Below are positions 19,304 through 26,954 of a stretch of DNA of 36,212 nt, piece after piece (position 1 is the first letter of the stretch; the number at the start of each line of letters is the position of its first letter). Source of the DNA: a bacterium (lineage in GTDB: Bacteria > Bacteroidota > Ignavibacteria > UBA10030); the NCBI GenBank assembly GCA_043803945.1, contig JAZDJN010000002.1:1-36212 (forward strand), in the 5' to 3' direction. The notes beneath the pieces were generated by a model. That model made no database searches. It saw only the letters and a list, made by a program, of their open reading frames with translations, and was not told where the DNA came from. The translations under genes and the position numbers were made by a program.

Positions 19304-19375
19304 TTAAAGGAGCGCTCGAAGGAGTTGGATCAGGAGAGAGATGAGAATCAGAAGCAACTCGATGAGCACTTTCAT
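19304..19375 (-). CDS. Small hydrophobic peptide MKVLIELLLILISLLIQLLRALL; candidate type I toxin
   Basis: 23-aa amphipathic helix. An alternative TTG start at 19438 has GGAGG 9 nt upstream (44 aa). Flanked by strong hairpins. Confidence 0.5.
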   Translation of the reverse strand: MKVLIELLLILISLLIQLLRALL

Positions 19376-19518
19376 GGCGTGAAGCAATCTGGTGTAGAAA
19401 AGGTCGTATCCGTTATACCCTGTTGTCGTTAATAGCAACTCTCCGTTCCTCCCACCGATTCTCTGCCCGCCGGAATGAGACGAGCAGAGAACCTGCAATG
19501 GTGTGGTCAAACGAAATA

Positions 19519-20268
19519 TTAAAACGCCTGGCTTAATCCAAGGACCGCTGCCGTTGTAATCAACCAGAGCACAACGGCGATGCTGATTCCTGTTACAAGT
19601 GATTTCTGTGAATATTTACTCAACCCAATGCCGATGACAGCAGTTTGCCAGAGTGAGAAGACGTTCAACGAACTCAGGATTCGGTGAGTCATATCCTTTG
19701 CAGAATAGTTTGATAATACCGCGAGAGCGGCACTCGGGCTGGCATGGATTGTATTCAATCCTATGATCAGCAGAAGAGTGACAATAGTACCGAATGCTGC
19801 AATCCAGCAAGAGACTCCGTAGAGTTCCAGGTATTTACCATAGCCTTCGGGCGATTTCAAACCAAATTTCCCCACAAGCCATAGAACAAGAGCGGCAAAA
19901 AACAAAATGAGAGTAAGGGTGATCACCGTACCGACAATTCCTATGGCAATATAGAGCCCGCCCATCTGATCAAGCTGCTCAACCTGCTGGTCGCCTTGAG
20001 CTTGAGTTATTCGCCCAGCGTCGACTGCTTCCTGTACGCGTTCTCGCTGATTCTGCATGAATTGTTCTTTGAGAGAATCCGTCGTCATCATCATAGAAAA
20101 TGTCAGGCTTGCAACGATGATCATCAGGAGAATGGGAACCAACCACACCATGACTCTGGATTCTGTACCCCGCAACCCTTCAAAGACCTGTGAGGGAGAT
20201 GCAAAGGTGTTAATGATGATATCGGTAAACGATAGAGGAGATTTGGCAAGGGGCTCCTGTGTGTCCAT
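19519..20268 (-). CDS. Yip1 family membrane protein
   Basis: N-terminal FASPSQVFE..R...WLVP pattern and about 5 TM helices. AAAGGA RBS. Confidence 0.8.
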   Translation of the reverse strand: MDTQEPLAKSPLSFTDIIINTFASPSQVFEGLRGTESRVMVWLVPILLMIIVASLTFSMMMTTDSLKEQFMQNQRERVQEAVDAGRITQAQGDQQVEQLDQMGGLYIAIGIVGTVITLTLILFFAALVLWLVGKFGLKSPEGYGKYLELYGVSCWIAAFGTIVTLLLIIGLNTIHASPSAALAVLSNYSAKDMTHRILSSLNVFSLWQTAVIGIGLSKYSQKSLVTGISIAVVLWLITTAAVLGLSQAF

Positions 20269-20349
20269 TGTTTATTCCTTTCGTCAGTAGCTCGTTGGTG
20301 ATTGGATTGAGAGATGAATCATTACATTATTTCTGAATAACGACGCTTG

Positions 20350-20868
20350 TTATGCGGTTGCTGCAGCCGCTGAATCTCGCTGAGACATGACGATAAGATA
20401 AAAACCAAACATCACCAGCATCGGAAGGTCATGAAAATGCAATACTCTTCGATTCATGGTAATCTTTGTCGTCGATCGAAAAATTCCTTCATTGACATAG
20501 TGAATCAATTCTTCACCGCTTTCTGTCAGAATCATGCTTTTGCTCCGAAAGGCACTCGCGCGATAGACGACTCGCTTTCCCTGAGGCAATTCGAGGGTTC
20601 CAGAATTCGACCATGGATTTGGTTGGTACTCAGCAATCACCTCATCACTATTCTGTGAGCGTATTAGAATCTTCTGCCGAAACATGCCAGTCCGTTCGTA
20701 TGACCAATCACCATCAGCAGTATGGGCCATGGCGAGGTTGCTGAAATTTTTTGGGAATGTCATTGTCGCGACAAACTCATCACCAAAGCGAAGCTCATAC
20801 GATTGACTGAATACTTTGGGCTGGCTCCAGGTTAGTGTATGATCGATGATTGAAGAAATGCTGCGCAT
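20350..20868 (-). CDS. Hypothetical protein (beta-rich with a C-terminal hydrophobic helix; possibly LURP1/tubby-like fold)
   Basis: Intact 172-aa ORF with AAAGGA RBS, ending in LPMLVMFGFYLIV. The fold is inferred. Confidence 0.7.
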   Translation of the reverse strand: MRSISSIIDHTLTWSQPKVFSQSYELRFGDEFVATMTFPKNFSNLAMAHTADGDWSYERTGMFRQKILIRSQNSDEVIAEYQPNPWSNSGTLELPQGKRVVYRASAFRSKSMILTESGEELIHYVNEGIFRSTTKITMNRRVLHFHDLPMLVMFGFYLIVMSQRDSAAAATA

Positions 20869-20919
20869 GCTGAATTTCCTTTTCTCTTATACTCTTCACG
20901 GGAGAAAATATTCACTAGA

Positions 20920-21111
20920 CTAGCTGGCTGATGGTCCCTCTGGTTTGGGATCCTCCGGTTTATATCTGAGCCGGCCTGAGCTGCGCACCAGGTTGGTGAG
21001 CAGAAATTCGATCTGCGCGTTGACGCTGCGCAGATCGTCTGCCGCCCACTTTTCAAGCGAATTATACAGATCGCCATCAAGCCTCAGGAGGAATTTTTTC
21101 TTCTCGCTCAT
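20920..21111 (-). CDS. Arc family ribbon-helix-helix DNA-binding protein
   Basis: KKFLLRLD...LEKWAADDLRSVNAQIEFLL is a typical Arc/RHH pattern. Start overlaps the SPFH stop (TAATG). Confidence 0.85.
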   Translation of the reverse strand: MSEKKKFLLRLDGDLYNSLEKWAADDLRSVNAQIEFLLTNLVRSSGRLRYKPEDPKPEGPSAS

Positions 21112-21983
21112 TAATACAATGTGCCGGTATTGATAATGGGTACTGCCTGGCTTTCGGAGACCAGGGCCACCAACAGATTGTTTACCATCGTTGCTTTCTT
21201 ATCTTCATCCAGTTCAACGACCTTTTGTTCACTTAAGGAGCGCAACGCATGTTCAACCATACCAACCGCACCTTCAACAATTTTAAACCGGGCAGCGATA
21301 ATTGCTTGTGCCTGCTGCCGCCGTAACATGGCCTGGGCAATCTCTTGCGCATACGCCAGATGGCTGATCCGTGCCTCGATCACTTCCACACCGGCGATTT
21401 CCAGGCGTGATTGCACCTGATGCTTGAGCCGCTCGGCAATTTCAACCGGGCTTCCGCGAAGCGAAGCCTTAACCTCATCCGGTGCATCATAAGGATACTC
21501 CGAGGCAAGCGCACGAATCGCCGTTTCACTCTGGATGGCTACAAAGTTTTCGTAGTGCTCCACATCGAACAAGGCACGCGATGAATCGACCACCCGCCAG
21601 ACAACTACTGCGGCAATTTCGATTGGATTCCCATGGAGATCGTTCACCTTAATTTTTTCACTGTTGAAGTTCCGGATGCGCAAGGAAACATGCTTTTTCA
21701 TAGCGAATGGATTAGCCCAATAAAATCCATCATCGCGGACTGAGCCGATATATTTTCCAAAGAGTACGAGTACACGGGCTTCATTTGGCTGGACAATGAA
21801 GAATCCTCCAGTTGAAAGCATTGCAATTACAAACAGGATTATTGTTTCGACAACATATTTTGGATCTTCATTTATCGCCATCCAATAGACCAAATAGCCG
21901 ATAATGAATAAAAGCACCGCGAAGATCAGAAATGCCAAATAGCCACTGATTCGCCTGCTAATTGTTTCAGTCATAGTTTTCAT
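21111..21983 (-). CDS. SPFH (band 7) domain membrane protein
   Basis: Two N-terminal TMs, [33 protein letters not shown] and [17 protein letters not shown]. Confidence 0.92.
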   Translation of the reverse strand: MKTMTETISRRISGYLAFLIFAVLLFIIGYLVYWMAINEDPKYVVETIILFVIAMLSTGGFFIVQPNEARVLVLFGKYIGSVRDDGFYWANPFAMKKHVSLRIRNFNSEKIKVNDLHGNPIEIAAVVVWRVVDSSRALFDVEHYENFVAIQSETAIRALASEYPYDAPDEVKASLRGSPVEIAERLKHQVQSRLEIAGVEVIEARISHLAYAQEIAQAMLRRQQAQAIIAARFKIVEGAVGMVEHALRSLSEQKVVELDEDKKATMVNNLLVALVSESQAVPIINTGTLY

Positions 21984-22008
21984 TGTGCATTATCTCCTTT
22001 CTAAGATT

Positions 22009-22047
22009 TGCTATCACAATGATAGCATAGTGATATCATTGTGTCAA
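22009..22047 (-). promoter_or_regulatory. Sigma70-type promoter of the SPFH operon, overlapped by three TGATATCA-type boxes
   Basis: TTGACA (22042-22047) - 17 bp - TATCAT (22019-22024) on the minus strand. Boxes at 22009, 22020 and 22031. Confidence 0.7.
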
Positions 22048-22095
22048 GTTAATTTTTCTGGAGAGGTTGGGATTGTCGATAAATCCTTTTAAAAT

Positions 22096-22932
22096 ATGAT
22101 AGTTAGACAAACATTAATTTTTGGATTTGCCGTGTCTGAGGAATTGACAATCCACATCAGATTCTACGAAGAGCTGAATGATTACCTTCCTGAGGAAAAG
22201 AGAAAAGTCTGCTTTACACAATCGTTTGCCACCGGTGTGACTCTGGAGGATACAATCAATCACTTTACGATTCCCGTTGGAGAGGTAGATTTAATTCTAC
22301 TCAATGGAAAATCAGCAGGATTAGAGAAGCTGCTTCACGATGGTGATCGAGTAAGCATCTATCCTGTCTTTGAATCTTTTGATATCTCAGATGTGCAAAC
22401 TATTCGTGAAAGACCGTTACGACAATCCCGCTTTATCCTGGATGTTCATCTCGGAAAACTCGCGTTCCATCTCCGTATGTTCGGTTTCGATACCATGTAT
22501 CGAACAGATTTTCAGGATCATGAACTCGTTCAAGGATCGATCGGCGAGCAGAGAATACTGTTGAGTAAGGATAGATCTCTTCTTAAAAATAAACAACTCA
22601 CACATTTTTATGAAGTGAAAGATAATAATCCCCGTATGCAGTTGATTGAGGTGATGCAACGATTCGATCTGTATAACTCCATTCATCCATTCACTCGATG
22701 CCTGTTGTGCAATACAATACTGCTGCCCATTGAGAAAGAATCAGTCCTGGACAAACTCCCGGAAAAAGTGAAATTATGTTTTAACCACTTTATGTTCTGT
22801 CGGAGCTGCGAACGGGTGTACTGGCCGGGTTCCCATTTCGAAAAGATGAAGAAATTCATCAATGAGATTTTGAACTGTAGTGGGAAAGAAATACGGAAGA
22901 ATATTTTTTCTAAGGGGCCTTTTTCTGAATAA
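22096..22932 (+). CDS. Mut7-C ubiquitin-like/RNase (PIN) domain protein with Zn ribbon
   Basis: IRFYEELNDYLP...GEVDLIL...GDRVSIYP beta-grasp, FILDVHLGKLA..LRMFGFD PIN, CLLCN...CRSC...YWPGSH. Start may be GTG 22132. Confidence 0.9.
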   Translation: MIVRQTLIFGFAVSEELTIHIRFYEELNDYLPEEKRKVCFTQSFATGVTLEDTINHFTIPVGEVDLILLNGKSAGLEKLLHDGDRVSIYPVFESFDISDVQTIRERPLRQSRFILDVHLGKLAFHLRMFGFDTMYRTDFQDHELVQGSIGEQRILLSKDRSLLKNKQLTHFYEVKDNNPRMQLIEVMQRFDLYNSIHPFTRCLLCNTILLPIEKESVLDKLPEKVKLCFNHFMFCRSCERVYWPGSHFEKMKKFINEILNCSGKEIRKNIFSKGPFSE

Positions 22933-23521
22933 TATTCTGAAGATATTTTACCAAAGCAACACGGTATGCCGGTTTATAGAATGATGCATATTGTTGGGAA
23001 TGATGCTGGGCAGGATAGTTCTGTCTTTGTATACTCTGGAAATATTGCTGTAGGTCAGCCTTCTTGCACGTGATCAGCGTATCAAGAGAAAGCTTTTCGA
23101 TATCACTCCACCAATTCTGCAAGTTGTCTCTCGATTTGATAAATACTTTCGCTGTTTTTAACATTGCGTCGAGAAGTTCTTTCGGATTCCTGCCCAGGGC
23201 TTTGAATGGCCGGAGATTGATCCGGGCTAGCGAGCTATCAGGAGAAATAAACTCTAGAAGCGGTTCATTCAGGTTGGCGTTTACAGAAGCTAGTTCGGCG
23301 AAAAGATATTGGGAGAGAGCTGATGTATCAACCATCAGGTGTTCATTTCCCATTGCCGCCTGGTAAACCAGTTTGTAATAATCCTGGATTTCCATTTTTG
23401 GATAGCGGTGGTAGTGTGAGAGAGCAATGTTACGAAACGACGGTTGAGAATATATCTGAGAAAATGATTGAATGAAGAAGAACAGAAGCAGCCAGTGTGT
23501 ATATTGTTTCATTGTGTGCAA
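22910..23521 (-). CDS. Hypothetical exported protein
   Basis: Signal-like N-terminus; YPKMEIQDYYKLVYQ and HHSQQY...YKPAYRV segments. Overlaps the convergent Mut7-C gene by 23 bp. Confidence 0.7.
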   Translation of the reverse strand: MHTMKQYTHWLLLFFFIQSFSQIYSQPSFRNIALSHYHRYPKMEIQDYYKLVYQAAMGNEHLMVDTSALSQYLFAELASVNANLNEPLLEFISPDSSLARINLRPFKALGRNPKELLDAMLKTAKVFIKSRDNLQNWWSDIEKLSLDTLITCKKADLQQYFQSIQRQNYPAQHHSQQYASFYKPAYRVALVKYLQNIIQKKAP

Positions 23522-23567
23522 GTCTGAAGTATCTCCCTTCTGCTAAAGTGATGATGGGGCGGGGGAG

Positions 23568-23780
23568 TCATGTTCTGCCCGGGCATTTCAGATTTTTGGT
23601 ATGATATTGCTTGAACAGTTTGCAGTAGACTGCCAACGCTTTTCGACATGCACCGATTGCATCCTCCGCTCCAAACTCAGCATGGGTACAGAAGTAATCA
23701 CAGAACAGTGGCAGATCGCCGGTACGTTTAGCCTTGATCCGATCTGCGGTTTTTTTCTTTTGAATTCTTTTTGGCATCAT
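23568..23780 (-). CDS. Small basic Cys-rich protein (putative metal-binding)
   Basis: 70 aa with CDYFCTH...C...C...C. Co-oriented with its neighbours and fills the gap between them. Confidence 0.55.
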   Translation of the reverse strand: MMPKRIQKKKTADRIKAKRTGDLPLFCDYFCTHAEFGAEDAIGACRKALAVYCKLFKQYHTKNLKCPGRT

Positions 23781-23883
23781 CGCTCAAAATGCACCATAGC
23801 GGCTATGGAGCTGAAATACTTTCCATTGCTGCCATCCTGATAGTTCAATTTTCCTGGTGAGAGAACACACTCTGGACGTCAGA

Positions 23884-25272
23884 TTAGGATGCTCGCATGG
23901 CTTCGATTTCTGCGATTGACTTCGGGATCGGTTGGCCGATGATACGACCACCATTGTTCGTAACGACAATATCATCCTCAATCCGTGTGCCACCGTAGCT
24001 GCGATATGCATCCAGTTTACCATATTCAATAAACTGGGTGAATTTATTCTCAGATTTCCAGAGGTCGATTAATGCCGGAATAAAATAGATTCCCGGCTCA
24101 ATGGTTATCACGTGGCCAGGCTCGAGTGTGCGGGCCATTCGGAGCGAGCGTAATCCGAATTGCGTACTGCGCGTCATGGTCTCTCCATATCCTACAGAGT
24201 CTTCGCCGAGATCTTCCATGTCATGCACATCAAGGCCCAACATATGTCCGAGTCCATGTGGGAGAAAGAGCGCATGGGCTCCCCGGGTAACTGCTTCGTC
24301 AACATCTCCCTTCATGATTCCTAGTTCCTTCAAGCCTGACGCTATTGTGCGTGCAGCGAGAAGGTGAACCTCCTTAAACGGAATACCAGGTCTTACAGCA
24401 GTGATGGTTGTTTCATTTGTTCGAAGGACGATGCTGTAAATCTCTTTCTGTTGTTGTGTAAAGTGTTTATCGACCGGAAAAGTTCTCGTGATGTCGCCGG
24501 CATAGTGCATTGCAGTTTCAGCACCCGAATCATTGATAACCAGTTTCCCCGAGGAGAGCATATTCCCGTAATAGTGATTGTGGAGTGTCTCGCCATGTAT
24601 TGTGAGGATCACCGGAAAGGAGATCCGTCCACCGCAGGCGCGTGCAGTTCCCTCGATGAGTCCCGCAACTTCAAATTCGTACATTCCTTCTTTCGCGGTT
24701 TTCATTGCCGCTGTGTGCATCGCAGAGCAATAGGCAAGCGCTCGTTCAAGCTCTTCTAACTCTTCGGAAGACTTTATCGAGCGCAAAGTCACGATGCCTT
24801 TTATGAAGCTGATTGAAGCAGACTCTTTTGTTTTACCCCGTTCGATACCAAGCAAGCGTTCGATAGCTGCTGCATTTTCAGCCCGATAGGGAGGGAGGTG
24901 ATGTACCGTACGGCTCTGTGCGATTGCTTTCTGGAGATACTCTTCGAGCTTGCTCATTGGCTGCACTTGTTGCACACCCACCTGGTCGGCTTTGTCTTGC
25001 ATCGACGGTTGAGGACCCATCCAGATAATATCGTTCATGGTAAAGTCATTGCCGAAAAGGATTTCTTCTCCACTCTCTGTGTCGATAACGGCTACAAGAT
25101 CGGGAGCATCCAATCCAAAAAAGTAGAGGAAGGTGCTATCCTGACGAAAGGGATAGGCATTATCGGTATAGTTCATCGGGCTTTCTGTATTGCCGAGGAA
25201 GAAGAGAACGCCGTTCTTCACTTGTTGCCGTAACTGTTGTCTTCGGCTCGCATAGGTGGTTGCAGGGAACAT
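23884..25272 (-). CDS. pepP: Xaa-Pro aminopeptidase (M24B)
   Basis: FRQDSTFLYFFG N-domain; metal ligands in DSGAE, YAGDITRT, HGLGHMLGLDVHD, TIEPGIY and RIEDD. AAGGAG RBS. Confidence 0.93.
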   Translation of the reverse strand: MFPATTYASRRQQLRQQVKNGVLFFLGNTESPMNYTDNAYPFRQDSTFLYFFGLDAPDLVAVIDTESGEEILFGNDFTMNDIIWMGPQPSMQDKADQVGVQQVQPMSKLEEYLQKAIAQSRTVHHLPPYRAENAAAIERLLGIERGKTKESASISFIKGIVTLRSIKSSEELEELERALAYCSAMHTAAMKTAKEGMYEFEVAGLIEGTARACGGRISFPVILTIHGETLHNHYYGNMLSSGKLVINDSGAETAMHYAGDITRTFPVDKHFTQQQKEIYSIVLRTNETTITAVRPGIPFKEVHLLAARTIASGLKELGIMKGDVDEAVTRGAHALFLPHGLGHMLGLDVHDMEDLGEDSVGYGETMTRSTQFGLRSLRMARTLEPGHVITIEPGIYFIPALIDLWKSENKFTQFIEYGKLDAYRSYGGTRIEDDIVVTNNGGRIIGQPIPKSIAEIEAMRAS

Positions 25273-25412
25273 AATAGAGGACTCCTTTCATAATCTGGCG
25301 CTTCCATCCAGGAAGCATTTCAGGAAAAGTAAGAGAAAGTGTAGAGAAAATTAGATGAAAATGCCAGATGAGATATTCGATTTTTCTCGATGCGTAATTC
25401 AGGGTCATCGAT

Positions 25413-25450
25413 AAATAAACAAAAGGCCATCTCAGTTGTCTGAGATAGCC
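25413..25450 (-). terminator. Rho-independent terminator after the SusD-like gene
   Basis: Minus strand reads GGCTATCTCAG-acaa-CTGAGATGGCC followed by TTTTGTTTATTT. Confidence 0.75.
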
Positions 25451-25478
25451 CTTTGAGATACTCGATTGAGAACATTTG

Positions 25479-26909
25479 TTATGGAGTGATACCGAATGGG
25501 GAGACCTTGTTGATATTTTGAGCAATGATCCTGTTCATATCCCATTTGATCGTGACGGTGTTACCTGTAGTCGTGAATTCCTTCATCTCCTTGTTAATCG
25601 GAATGTACGTTGGAACGAACACCCGGGTTCCTGGTCCGCCATCGGCGGTGTTTGTATTGCCATCGATCTGACGCTGAGTGACCGGCAGCCGGATGCCAAG
25701 ATCACTCATCCGATGCCCTTCGCCAAAAAAGATTTCCTGGCGTAATAAATAGAGCATGGAAATGTGATCAGCTTTTGCCACCAGAGCATTCACCTGAGCA
25801 ATGGTTACAGAGGTACCGGAAATTGAATAGACGGTAACGATGGAAGAGCCACCACGTTTCTGAATTAATCCTGCAATAGCAGGTGCAGTCGCATCGGCTT
25901 TGACCAATAACGCTGCATCATTTGGGTGCTGTGGACGGGCATCTTTATCGTTATAGGTTGTTGTTGACCTGCTACGCGCAAGGGTTACAGCATCAGCCAT
26001 CGATTTTCTTGCTCCCGCGAGATCGCCATTGGCAATTGCAGCCTCCGCAAGAATGAGATGCGCTTCTTCTGTCTTCAGAACCGGCATCGATGTTGTTTGC
26101 GTGCTAAATTTTGGATCGAGGAAATCAAGTCGTGGCAGAGGTTGAATATCATTCGTCGATCGGCCAACCAGTGCCGTATAAAGTGCTGATGTAACATTGA
26201 TTTGATCAAATTGAGCATAGTACACATAGGTCGCACCCAATGCGAGAGCATCCTGTGCGGCCTGTGCGGCCTTAGCTTTGTCTTTGGCAATTCTGTAAGC
26301 CCGAGCCAATGCAAGTTTGATATTGCTCTTCATCGCCGTATTCGCTGTCAACAACCAGGCTGTATTCAGCGCATCGATTCCTTTCTGATTCGCATCCGCT
26401 GCACTGACCCATGGTTTCTTTTCCTCGATGGGGAAATTGGTAAAACTCTCAGCAAGGAGTACAAGAGCCATCCCCTTCATAAAATACACTTCAGATTTTT
26501 GTTCGCTGGTGACCAGATTATCTTTTGGAATAATCACGTTCAATCCAAAATCCGCCAGGGCATGCAGTGTTTGTATCGATTCGTACATTACGTCATAGGT
26601 AAAGGTGACCGGTTTAATGGTCGTTGGATAATCCAGATCGTTCGCATAGAATGACGTTCGATTATCCATGTTATCGGAAACCAAGTCGCAGATGAATCCT
26701 GTATTGCCGATGGTAATCGCCATCCGTCGTCGGAGTCCGACGAGGAGTGGTGTCGTTCCTCCACTCGCATTCGCGAGGAGGTTATCTTCGGTGATCTGTG
26801 GATTCTCTACTTTTGAAGGATCCACCAGATCACAGGCACTCATACTGATGAGACTCAGCACGAGAAGTACCCGTATGATCCACGATGATTGATAAGATTG
26901 TTTATTCAT
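25479..26909 (-). CDS. RagB/SusD-like surface lipoprotein
   Basis: Lipobox MSAC; TPR-like LALARAY...AAQAAQDAL; EEAHLILAEA; RQEIFFGEGHRMSD. Lies directly downstream of the SusC-like gene. Confidence 0.8.
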   Translation of the reverse strand: MNKQSYQSSWIIRVLLVLSLISMSACDLVDPSKVENPQITEDNLLANASGGTTPLLVGLRRRMAITIGNTGFICDLVSDNMDNRTSFYANDLDYPTTIKPVTFTYDVMYESIQTLHALADFGLNVIIPKDNLVTSEQKSEVYFMKGMALVLLAESFTNFPIEEKKPWVSAADANQKGIDALNTAWLLTANTAMKSNIKLALARAYRIAKDKAKAAQAAQDALALGATYVYYAQFDQINVTSALYTALVGRSTNDIQPLPRLDFLDPKFSTQTTSMPVLKTEEAHLILAEAAIANGDLAGARKSMADAVTLARSRSTTTYNDKDARPQHPNDAALLVKADATAPAIAGLIQKRGGSSIVTVYSISGTSVTIAQVNALVAKADHISMLYLLRQEIFFGEGHRMSDLGIRLPVTQRQIDGNTNTADGGPGTRVFVPTYIPINKEMKEFTTTGNTVTIKWDMNRIIAQNINKVSPFGITP

Positions 26910-26954
26910 AGTATCTCCTGTGAATAGAATTTCTGTTGACTCAGGTTCATATGG

